Below are positions 40,543 through 52,329 of a stretch of DNA of 64,000 nt, piece after piece. Position 1 is the first letter of the stretch, and each line of letters starts with the position of its first letter. Position numbers and translations under genes: made by a program. The notes under the pieces were generated by a model. It did not search any database. It saw only the letters and a program-made list of their open reading frames with translations, and was not told the DNA's origin. Origin of the DNA: Eledone cirrhosa. Its lineage: Eukaryota. The stretch spans positions 122,388,001-122,452,000 of the forward strand of contig OZ024743.1 in NCBI GenBank assembly GCA_964016885.1, read 5' to 3'.

Positions 40543-41181
40543 TTAAGTAGTCTTTTTTTCTATTATATCTCTAAGATTCTCATAAAAGCCAACAAGTGAA
40601 GTGGGCATTGCTGTATCAACAAATTCTGTAGGCAGCATACCTCGAAGCTCGAGCTGTATAAAGCTTAACAAATTTGTTCTGTTTGCATCTGCAGGAACTT
40701 TCAAACACACCAAAGCACAGGGGTGATCGAAACCACGGACAAAGTCCGGGTATGGTGGACATCCAGAGTACTCAGTGCTAACGGAACATGTGGCTATGAA
40801 TTTATCATTTTCCACATTACACGTAAGATCCACGAAGTCTCTTGGGGACACGAGATTTATTTGTTCAGTCCCAGTGTACATTCGTACTATTTTCAGATCA
40901 GAACTTAGCACTTCTAGACACTCGATTCCAGCCATTCTTTTATCCCATTGAAGACGAAGAGAATTTGGTGACGGATCTAAATATTGAAATACAGTGTCAG
41001 GAGAAGCACCAATCGCACCTTCAGCTTTGTATAAGTTACCATTAAATTCTGTTGATTTACGGGAAGATACGACAACATTAGATTTATCCACAATAACTTT
41101 CCATCCACTGTCATCTGCAATATAATCCTTTATTGTAGCAAGTAATGATTTGGCGAGGTTTTGGTAAACTTCCTTTGCCAT
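40543..41181 (-). CDS. STARD5: START-domain lipid/sterol transfer protein, StARD4/5/6 subfamily (StARD5-like), 212 aa, single coding exon
   Basis: Intact ORF: GWK..V.VSSRKSTEFNGNLYKAEG, RLQWD, LVSPRDFVD, FVRGFDHPC, FIQLELRGMLP..VDTAMP. ATG in CACCATGG context 9 nt after a TTTATTTTCAG acceptor. Orthology not established. Confidence 0.88.
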   Translation of the reverse strand: MAKEVYQNLAKSLLATIKDYIADDSGWKVIVDKSNVVVSSRKSTEFNGNLYKAEGAIGASPDTVFQYLDPSPNSLRLQWDKRMAGIECLEVLSSDLKIVRMYTGTEQINLVSPRDFVDLTCNVENDKFIATCSVSTEYSGCPPYPDFVRGFDHPCALVCLKVPADANRTNLLSFIQLELRGMLPTEFVDTAMPTSLVGFYENLRDIIEKKTT

Positions 41182-41190
41182 GGTGAAGAG

Positions 41191-41205
41191 CTGAAAATAA
41201 ATGTT
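41191..41205 (-). promoter_or_regulatory. Probable splice acceptor of a 5'UTR intron of the START gene
   Basis: Minus strand reads ACATTTATTTTCAG|CTCTTCACCATGG. Confidence 0.6.
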
Positions 41206-42790
41206 TAATTTCATAAAAAGTAGCACTTTGTTTTTTAATTCAAAATAATTTTACGAAGAAGAAATTGTAAATCAAGAATGAAAGAATTTAATAACGATAT
41301 TTTGTTTTTGTTAGATCTATTAAAAAACCAAAAAAAAAAACCGTGTAATAGAATGCTGTATACTAAGTTGAAGTAAAACTGGAACATACATAAAATCACT
41401 AAAAATTGTTTAAAAAAAAAAAAAAAAAAAAAAGAAAGACTTCTCTACTTATAAATATTTTTACTTTTGGCACATGGCCAGCAATTTGCAAGGAATGCAA
41501 AAGTAGATTAAAGGTCAGTAACTATATGCTGCAAAGCATGTTGTCCGACATTAATCCACTACTCATAAACAATAACACCTGCGGAACTTACCTAGACGAA
41601 TCTGCCTACCGATAACTCCGAATATTGCCAACTAATCTTTAATCCCCATTTATATACATATGTGGGGGGTGTGTATCCGCGTGCGTGTATGCGCGGTCGC
41701 ACGTGTATGCAAATGTGATTTTTAAAAAAGGTTGCCAAATACATTAAAGTGAATAGAACAATATAAGCGTTATCATTTTACGATCAAATCTTTTCAGGGG
41801 TCAATATATAACGAAGCATTTAACCAAATGATTTCTACCCGAGATATATAATTCATTTTTCTTTTAGTTATATATCTGGGGTGGAAATCATATGATTACA
41901 TATGTTACTCTAGTGAACAAAAGCAATTAGTAGAACACAAGATTCATTGTCGTTATAAATATGATGCAAATGTTTTCTAAAATAAAACTAAGTTTCTGAA
42001 AATACCTCCTATTAGAATAGTTACATGGTAATACAAAAAATTGTAGTGAATGTTTCTGGTCTCCCAGAAAGATTTCAATGTAAATTCTAATGCGGGGTTA
42101 GAAAGAAAAAGTCTCTACACTGGTAGGAAAATTGTGATTAGATACATCAAGAGTTTTGAGGTAGAAAAAAGTGTAACTGGTAAAATTTTAAAAACATATT
42201 TTAGTGACATCAATTAGATTTAGGAAGAAGATATAATCTTTAACGATTCTTAGCCTGGACGGTTGCATTGGCGTTTCGAAAGGATTAATCGGAATCCAAT
42301 CTGGATTACTGGTGATGAGGCGGGTAATATTATGTGTAGCAATTTGTGTTTTCCAAATGTGAAGTAAAGACGTTTTTCTCATTTGGAAGAATCTCTAAGG
42401 AAACAGAAGATATTTTAAGAAAATTGAAATTCTTTTTTTCTTATGAATGGCGAAGAAATACTTTAAAATTCTTAGTGATTTTGTGACAGCTTCAGTGAAT
42501 ATTTTCTAGCTTCTGGTTCAAAAGTTTCTGATTTGGTCTAAGCACAAATCAGAAATATTTTACTTTTATTTATTTTTAAGTATTTACTATCCTAAACCGC
42601 CCAAAACTTCGCTATCACGCTGGAATATAAAGTTATCTAAATGACAAAAAATATATGTAAAGGATACCGAGAAATATAGTTTAGTCTACTTTTATGGAGT
42701 GTTGTTGTTCTATTAAGTTTTGTAGTTGTTCAGTCACAAATTATACCTGATCAATCCTGCATAAAATGAGGGCTTTCCATCCATAACTAT

Positions 42791-43050
42791 ATCAGTTAGA
42801 TCTGCATATTAGCAGATCCCCTGATCAGCCAGATTTGCATATAAGCGATTAATGACCGGCTTTGCCATATAACAAAAAGGTATCGCTCTACATGGCTGAG
42901 TACAATAAATGTAATCTGCGTTTTTTGAATATTAGTCGCTCATATACATGAAACTGACTGGCCTATCTGCTGATATGCAAACCTGACTGAGCAGTGGATC
43001 TGCTAATATGCAGATCTGACTGATCAGACAGCCTGCTAATATGCAAATAA
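42791..43050. repeat. Inverted repeat built from 33-bp subrepeats (MITE/foldback-like)
   Basis: GATCTGCATATTAGCAGATCC (about 42799) and its exact reverse complement (about 42996); arms at about 42791-42848 and 42968-43024. Confidence 0.7.
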
Positions 43051-43125
43051 GGCCGATCAGTCACTCTATATTTTAGAAAATATCATATATTTTCACTAGT
43101 TCTGACAGTTGGCAGGTGAACAGTA

Positions 43126-43174
43126 AACTGCACTGATGAAGGCTAATCACCCAGAAACATTAGTATCTGCAGTT
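43126..43174 (+). ncRNA. Degenerate minimal hammerhead-like motif
   Basis: AACTGCA-CTGATGA-aGG..CCa-GAAAC-attagtatc-TGCAGTT. Stem I has 7 bp; stems II and III are weak. Confidence 0.4.
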
Positions 43175-43334
43175 CTGTCTATATGCCAACACAACAAGAG
43201 CAAGAATGAGGGGCTCATTCTACTGACATGGCTTAAAAGAGACTTGTTTGAATAATTGCAAACGAATCCAATATTATTATTAATATTCGAAAAACTCAGA
43301 TTACATTTATTGTATTCAATCATGTAGAGCGATA

Positions 43335-43925
<591 letters not shown>

Positions 43926-44032
43926 CGACCTTCCAGTTTTATTTTACATTATATACATGCCTGTGTATATTTTAATTATTTAAAAATTATTTTTAAGTGA
44001 ACATGATTTTAAAAAAAATAATTTTAAGTGAA

Positions 44033-44061
44033 CGTGACCCAACAGGTCACGGGTGATCTAG
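44033..44061 (+). mobile_element. Helitron 3' terminus
   Basis: Hairpin CGTGACC-caaca-GGTCACG followed 6 nt later by CTAG then T. Confidence 0.6.
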
Positions 44062-45539
44062 TATATATATATATATAAATATATCGTATCTCTCTCCACC
44101 TTCGGTCACGAATAGCCATGGTTTTTGCACCTAGATAGAAAGTTCCCCGCCATGACACAGTCGTGTATGCATGCCTGACCCCCCCCTCTCTCCACGTCAC
44201 CGATCAACTCATTTCTACAGCCGAGTGAACAGGAGTAACATGAAATAAAGTGTTTTGTACACTATATACCTACATATTTGGGAGGGAGGAGTTGTGTGGT
44301 TATTGTTGATACAATATATTAGGGGGTTATTGAGTACACTTTTAAGAAATGTTAGAGACAAGAGATGGAGGGGGGGGGGGAGAGAAAGTGAAAGAAAAGA
44401 GGGAGAGAGAGAAAGAAGCTAATAATTCAATAATATCAATAATATCAATAATATCATCATTGATGAGGATAGAAACGGTAGTATACTGCAACATATCTCA
44501 ACTCTCTATGGTGTATGTTCAAATCCTCTTGCCGATAACTACCTGTAATATACTTGTTCAATTGAATCGACTATACCCATCTTTCGAAATGTATAACATT
44601 TTGCTAAAAAATCAATAAATATTATGAAAACATTTATTTTTGATACAACAATTCTTCTATGTTTGTATGATTATAATTGGTAATATTCAGTTACTTTCTT
44701 ATTGATTCGATTCTCTTTCATGTAGCAAATATATTACAGATAAACGATAATAAATATAGTATTTATCCATGACATTTGCTCATATGATAAATAAGGCTTT
44801 GTTCTTTGTAGCGTAGCTTTGAAGCCAAGCAATATTTCACGTTGAGTTCGATTGTTTCCCATTCACAAGAGGGCAGTTATGTTGAAATACAATAATGATA
44901 GTGAGTGATATTATTGAACAGTTACCCTTTCGTTCATACTTGCAATTATTATCAGTTATATTTTTGATATTACCAGGGAAAAAATATAAACATGCATTGG
45001 CACTCTGTATTTCCTTTGCAGATCGTTCATCCTTTCTTGTGTTAAGTATCATATTAGTATATTATTACCAGTGTGTTGATAATGCAGATTTAAAATCGAA
45101 ATCCCTAATATATCTCTGCAAAGAATGATAATGAAAGTTTATGTAAATTTTGCACTTTACATTTCATCGATTCAATAGAATGTTGGAATCAATAAGGATT
45201 GTTTAAATTATTTAATAATTGATTCGAATTTATATTTTTAAAAATCTTAAACTGATTTATTATTCTCATTATCGATCTAACTCCACATTAAATCTTAATT
45301 TTTAAAAATCAGTGTACAAATATCCGATATATTTCACAAACTGACCTAACATAATTAAATCATTAAATTTTATATTTATTAGACGAAATGATCTGTAAAA
45401 TATTCTATAGGAAAAGTTGTTTATGTATCAAGTTTATTAAATGTATATTCAATCCAGAGTACCACCTAATAAGTGCATTCAATACTTTAAGTTATTACCT
45501 TTGGATATGAGGAAAGAGTGTTGTTGTTTGCATAATCAT

Positions 45540-46150
45540 AACCATCTACGGAGGATTTGTAAATTCTAGACATGTTTGGTATTTGATTCCGCAAGATGCA
45601 CGCTTGCACGGAACTGCTTCGGTGCAAATATCAAGTTGGATTGAAAGGGAAAGTTTGACCCAAATATCTAAGTGTGTGTAGAGAATACAAGATCCGCATC
45701 ATCAGAGGAAAAATAAGGTAGACAAGAACTGGAATAGCTAGTCTAACCCAGAAATTGGCTGAGAGGAAGCTATCCCTGAAAGGTCGGACAGAGGTCGTGA
45801 AGGACTACATCGCACCTGTCAATTATTACTCCAGTTCACTAGACCGAGGTGTCTGCCGTTCCAGAAGGTTCATTTGATATCAATACCTACTGTCGTGGCT
45901 GATGATACACAGACATGTGCCAAAGCTGTGATCGCCGATATTCAAACGCATTTCCCCCGCGCTTGCCTTTTTGATAGAGCTGCAGTCCTTGTTCAAGCGA
46001 AGAGCAATAAGGGACACTTGACAATTGGTATGTCATTATGTGCTCTCAGCCTTCTATCATTGTGATCGGTGAAGCTTCACTTTGTCGTTCTATAGGGAAT
46101 TACTGGTAGGTAGAAGTGACGATGTTCCCTGGGAGATTTTAGGCATCAAG
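45540..46150 (+). mobile_element. Decayed Tx1/L1-like LINE fragment
   Basis: CAGAAATTGGCTGAGAGGAAGCTATCCCTGAAAGGTCGG is shared with the copies at about 48850 and 53300. Confidence 0.6.
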
Positions 46151-47159
46151 AAAAATCAACTGGCTAGTCTTTTCCAGAGGACTTGTGGGGTTATGTTGAA
46201 TAGCTGCTATCACATGTAGGACAGATCTGATTCTCAGCTGAGTCCATTGTGAAGATCTCTCTGCTACTTGTTTTTGCCAGGGAGGTGGGAGGTTTTTATT
46301 TGTCTGGTAGCCCTGGCAAAAGAGGTTGTGTTGGTGGAGGAAATGGAAAAGGCTGAAGACAAACATTCTCCTCTTTGGTCAAGCTCTCATCAACGTTTTC
46401 AAGTTTCACTTGAAAAGGAAATTGAAGATAGATAGATAGAAGTCCTAGATGAAAGTTGCTAATTGGCCAATTTAACAGGTATGCTTTGAGTATGCACCTA
46501 TAAATTGAGAAAGACAACTAGAAAGAACTTGCCTTAGTAACCAGGTTGACCATGGCTTTTGTGAAGTTTTTCCACGAGAAACCATTGGAAGTTTTACCTC
46601 TGCCCCACCCCCTCCACAATAAGTCCTGCGGAATGCAGTCACATACCTTTTAGAGATTCGCAAACAAACACACCTTTTAGTGTAATAGAGATTTCACGAA
46701 GAATTGATCTGTATTCAGATTCTGTTTGGCACACAAAATTGCGCCATCAACAGAGACCTTCTCTTCAGGCTAAGCTTCAAAATAAAAAATCCTCTCTCTT
46801 AATGGGAGAGCTATTCTGTTAGAGAACAGGTCGCAGGTGGTAGATAGTGATACGATCATCAAATTTTACAACTTGTTAGAAATACGATCAATATTTTCTA
46901 CTCACTCATTACATTGATGCAATTATTTTATGAAGCGGTGCAATAAATATGCTTTGACTGAAATTGTATTTAGTACTTGATATTGAGCAGCAAGAAACAA
47001 ACATTCTGTTTTCTTTTTTTTTTAACCACCACTTCAGAACCACTTCCACGATGATTCCTTGTTTTTCACATTTTTAGATTCTCTGTGGAATTTTCTATGT
47101 AACTGCATTTCTTCCACACGTTATTTTGCTTTGTTACATATCCTCTTTATATCCAACCG

Positions 47160-48130
47160 CAGTAAACTCCAATCCTATTATTATATATTTACGTAGTAGT
47201 TCCTTATATTTCGTAAGGTATTAGGTTATTGACATCTGCTTTCAATCTACACAGTCAGAAAAGTTAACAATCCCTTTACTTCCAGTATCCCTTTTCCTGT
47301 ATAAACGACTGAAATTTGCCTTCGGATGAAGAATTTTATGTATAGTTAATTTGTTTTTAAATCGTTTTCCTGTCTAATACACCCTTCATCTTTCGTCCAA
47401 TTCACTGTTCCAACACTATAACGGATGACAGCAACCACCTATGTGTTGATCGTATTTATCAAATTCATTGAATTACGCTTGGACATTCAAACATTAACTT
47501 TACAAATATATTGTTCTCACCTTTTCATTGTGCACGATATTATCAAATTCCAGTACGCCAAGGCATTTGTATCCATTGTCATCAGGTTTTAAACTTCGTT
47601 ATTCCGATAAAACTATTCCTGTTTGGCTTCATTCCCTATATTCACGACTAAAGTCGTATTGTTATACACCCAACTCTTTCTAAAATCACTGCAAATCAAT
47701 GTTACAGTTTTAATAAGTGAATTGATCACTTTCTCTGATTCTAAGAATGACATTATGTCATTTATGAAGAATAGATGTTCCAGGGAAGATGTACTTCTTT
47801 CTACTTTATAGCTTATGTTGACCTCTCACAGCAAATAACAAAGAGACACTTCTCACTAATGGCTGCACTTCCTAACGATTTCTTGTTTACTATGAAGTTC
47901 GTTTTCTGGAGTTTCATTCTAACACTGAAGATATTGATGAGATTTACTGTAATACCAAACATTATATGGAAGTGTAAAATCCAAGAATTGGGTACCAAGT
48001 TATTTTAAAGTCGATCCACGGCATGAGTATAGTAGTTTGTTATCACTTGTAGTTCTTCATTACCATTTTGGTTCCGATTAGATGATCATTGGTACCTTTG
48101 GGTGTTATCTTCTCCCCTTTTCGTCAACAG
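47160..48130 (-). mobile_element. Decayed R4/Dong-like non-LTR RT fragment
   Basis: Minus-strand remnants VPNSWI, INTINT.VVAVIRYSVGTVNWTKDE and LHPKANFSRLYRKRDTG. Confidence 0.6.
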
Positions 48131-48589
48131 GTAGTAGTTTGTTATACATACATGTTCTTATGTTTCCTCAGTAAAAATTCCAATTAGTAATTAACATAAT
48201 TGATTAGTGCTGCGGAAGCTGAGACACTCGTCCTCTCAAAGAAGCGTGTGCAGTGCACTCTACATGTGAATAGAGTTCCACTGAAGCAGGTAGAGAAGTT
48301 CAAGTATCTCGGAGCCGTGTTCATGAGTGATGCAAGCCAGGAGGCTAAATTAAGTGCAAGAATTGCAGGAGCTGGTGCCAACCCTTATCTATGGTAATGA
48401 ATCTTGGGCAATAACCGAAAGAATACGATCGCGAACACGACCATCTCAGAAAGATGTGGATGAAGAAGATTAGCGCAGCTTCTTGTGCGATAATATTCTG
48501 CTTCGTTTCCTTTCGTTGCATGTTGCATAAATACAGTTATTCTTCTCTAAATCATCCAATCCGGTACACTTCCTTGCACTGCACATGTG

Positions 48590-50090
48590 TGTGGGTTTCA
48601 GGAGATTCATTCAAAATGCTGGGATCACACCCGTTCTTAGACGAATATGAAAAGTTGACGGGAGCAAAAATCAACCTAGATAAGTCGGTAGGTTTGCGGC
48701 TTGGTATCTGGAGAGGCAAATCCATGCCATTAATTAGCGTCGCCGGACGCTGGGCAGACGGACACTGGTCAAGTTGATCGAGGTCTGTTTCGTCCGGACC
48801 TAAAGGTGGATAGGAATTGGGACGAGGTAACAAGCAGGATGGCCACTCTTACCCAGAAATGTGCCGAGGAAAGCTATCCCTGGAGGTGGCGAACGCATAT
48901 ATACGTTCCCGTCGTGTATTACCACCTGACCGCCATGTCTTGCCACGGTCTGCTCCTTATTAGATAGGAGTACCTACTTTCCACTTCTTGTGGGAGGAAC
49001 AGATTCCGCTGGTGAGGAGGTCCATCTGCTGCCAACAACCTTTACGCGGGGGACTAGGCATGCAGTAGCTGATGATGCGCAAACATGCGCTGACGTTACG
49101 TCCTCTCCAGATATTCCTAAACGTTGAACAGGTATGATCGCTCTTTGTTAGGCACATCTTTCCGCAGCTCGTCTCTTTGACCGAGCTGGACTCGTGGGTC
49201 AAGCGATGACCGTGACCAGACGCATAGCATCTGGAATGTCAGGCGCTCACAGCCCTCTGCTAATCGGGCAATGCAGTCAGTCGAAATTCCACTCTAGCGT
49301 TCTATAGAGGACTATTAGAGAAACTCTTAGAGAGACCCTAAGGCGTCGACGAGAATGAACTAGCCAGTTTGCGCCGGAGAAACTCTAGTCTGGGGACTAC
49401 AGACAATTTCCTGAAATCACTAGCTTAGTAATGCTACCAAGAAGCACCGCATATTCGAGACAAACTCTAGAGACACGGAAGTGCAGTCAGACGGAGCTGT
49501 TCGATATGCTCACCTAGCGACGAAACCATTCTTTACGCACTTGTCCAGTGTCCGGGTATTATTGGCTTGTGGAGTTTTGTCGAACACCTATTGGCGCACG
49601 TAGGACAGGCTATTGACCGTTTCCATCATGAAGATCGCCTCCTTTTGGCCGGGAAGCTTAGGCAGTTTTCTTCTGTCTGGTAGCTATAGCGAAAGAGATT
49701 GTGTGGTGGATGCGACAAAAGGACTGAACACAAATCCTTTCATCTTCGACCAAGCCCTCATTAACCTTTTCAAGTTCCACATGAAAAGGAAGATGAGGGT
49801 GGAGAGAGAAAAACTGCTCCTCCACCAGTACATTTCTTAAAAAGGTGGATGAATGTAGCAAGGATGACCCGAGTGGATGGGCCTACTTTGAGCATGCGTT
49901 TGTACGCTGGAGAGTTCAGAAAGGAGAGTGGGTACCTTGGTTGAGCACTGTTGGCAATTAGGGTGGTTCCGGATTTGCGGGATTCTTAAATAACCCATGG
50001 GTAGCACTCCTCTCAACTGGGGAATTCTGTTGTTATTGTTTTCTGTTTTCCTTTTTATACGTTTTATGTAAATCCCACTGCCACCTGGTC
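48590..50090 (+). mobile_element. Decayed Tx1/L1-like LINE 3' portion
   Basis: YEKLTGAKINLDKSVGLRLGIWRG, QQPLRGGLGM and a zinc-knuckle remnant CSIC..SDETILYALVQC; many stops. Confidence 0.8.
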
Positions 50091-50737
50091 TTGTATTGTC
50101 GTTTAAGTTTCAGTCCTACTGGCTAATAAAGATGAAATATTAATATCAAATACTACGAAGAATTCCAGAGACACGGCGAGATGTAATTGATAATTCAATA
50201 AATTCTTTCCACAGTTTAATGTGAAATATCTTTTGCCAATGTTGACTAAAAACAAAATGCTGCGACCCGCCAAACCTATAATTTCTTTATTGGCCGCAAG
50301 GCCAATAAATGACAATACAAAAACGGGGACTGGGGATTTACATAAAACTCATAGAAAAAGATAGCAGTTAAACATTAGCAATAAATTAATAGCAATAAGA
50401 TTTGTGTTAGTGGTTCCCACGTCGTGGGGAAAGCTCTGCCTCTTGCTTTTATATGTCTGTAGGGACGTGCGTGCTATTAATAATGTTTGGGGTACTTTGA
50501 AAGTACTAGTTCCACAATTCCACGCGAAGGTATCTCTGAAGAGCTTGATGCCAGGCTTACAACACATTTAGAAACTGTAAATGGATGAGACGCAACCATC
50601 AATATAGTGCTCCATTTAAACTTGTAAAGATGAGTCACAAAAGGGAGCTCACTAGAAAAATTCCCATGAAAATATGTATACAATAGCCACAGAGAGGCAA
50701 CATAGTGATTGAAACCGGCATAATAAGTCAGGACCAA

Positions 50738-51170
50738 TCTATATATATAAAACTGTGGTTGTCTGTCTGTCTATCGATTTTTGGCACACATCTCCTCTTA
50801 GAATCTCTCACGGAATTGCACCGAAATTGCTATACTTGTACATTGAGCCCTAGCGAAGACATCAGAAAAAAAAAATTTCAAATTGACCCACCCTATGTGA
50901 CGAAATCGAATATAATGTATCGATTTTTGAGCGTAAGTGATCAGTTATTTCCCTTTGTTCTGTTTACATTGAGCGTCTGCGTGCAAAAATTAAAAAAATT
51001 ACGCTGGCTTTCTCAGCGTTTAAAATGACATTAACACAATAATTTTTACTTGAAAACAAATCTATTTAAAGACTACGTAAAACAAGCAAATATTTCGTAA
51101 AAAAAAGCAAAAATTATATAAGTTTATTTAAAATATATGTATCTGTAAATTTCGTTAGGCGTGCAGTCAG
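50738..51170 (+). mobile_element. Probable non-autonomous Helitron 5' portion
   Basis: A|TCTATATATATAAAA...GTCTGTCTGTCT start typical of Helitron 5' ends; 3' end unclear. Confidence 0.45.
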
Positions 51171-51199
51171 TTTTATATATATAGATGATAAACAATAAT

Positions 51200-51840
51200 A
51201 TCCTCTATGAGGTCACTAAACCTGCTAGAAACAGCAGCTAACTCCCTCATATCACACCACTCCCTACTGTCTTAAATTTAGAAAACACATATCCTCTATG
51301 AGGTTACTAAACCTGCTAGAAACAGCAGCTAACTCTCCCTCATATCACACCACTCCCTACTGTCTTAAATTTAGAAAACACATATCCTCTATGAGGTTAC
51401 TAAACCTGCTAGAAACAGCAGCTAACTCTCCCTCATATCACACCACTCCCTACTGTCTTAAATTTAGAAAACACATATCCTCTATGAGGTTACTAAACCT
51501 GCTAGAAACAGCAGCTAACTCTCCCCCATATCATACCCCTCCCTACTGTCTTAAATTTAGAAAACATATCTTCTATGAGGTCACTAAACCTGCTAGAAAC
51601 AGCAGCTAACTCTCCCTCATATCACACCCCTCCCTACTGTCTTAAATTTAGAAAACATATCCTCTATGAGGTCACTAAACCTGCTAGAAACAGCAGCTAA
51701 CTCTCCCCCATATCACACCCCTCTCTACTGTCTTAAATTTAGAAAACATATCTTCTATGAGGTCACTAAACCTGCTAGAAACAGCAGCTAACTCTCCCTC
51801 ATATCACAACCCTCCCTACTGTCTTAAATTTAGAAAACAC
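51200..51840. repeat. Minisatellite, 7 units of 91-93 bp
   Basis: Units start at 51200, 51291, 51384, 51477, 51568, 51659 and 51750. Confidence 0.97.
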
Positions 51841-52089
51841 ACAGACAACCATGCAGAACAACTCCATCGCAGCTCTGTTGTTCGGCTGGCATCGTCTACT
51901 CGCGTGTTGCGCAAGTACTGTGAAACAATAAATTTCAACACTTTTTTGCACAGAGATAATATCCATAGGCGAAACTACAATTGTCACTGCTGGCGCACCT
52001 CATGCTTCCAGGTCTGCAATTCATTCACCCAGTGCCTGGCAGACAAAAAAGTGCTGCAACCTAACTTTGGTAACTTAATGACCCCGAGC

Positions 52090-52290
52090 AACGCCGGGCT
52101 TTAATGCTAGTAATACCGATAATTCTTCTTTGAATCTTATTAAGCCACTCAAGGTGCACCGCAAAAGCATCAAACCAAATGTCGCAACAGTATTCAATAC
52201 AGGGACGAATGGTAGATTTCAGGCATGAAAAGCTTTCTCTCACGACAGAGCAAACCAACTTTCTCGGTAACAAATTTAGCAATCGACGTG
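52090..52290 (-). mobile_element. CR1/L2-like LINE fragment
   Basis: KSTIRPCIEYCCDIW...LNKIQRR. Confidence 0.6.
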
Positions 52291-52329
52291 ATTTAATCAC
52301 TCTAGCTTAAATCAGTGGAATATGTGAGC

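Noticed and set aside
41182-41226. N-terminal extension MLLFMKLNIYFQLFT of the START ORF
   Set aside because: It spans a polypyrimidine/AG acceptor. The ATG at 41181 has a better context and gives the expected protein length.
51200-51840. CRISPR-like appearance and repeated-peptide ORFs of the minisatellite
   Set aside because: There are no unique spacers and no cas genes, the context is eukaryotic, and the 91-bp units break the frame.
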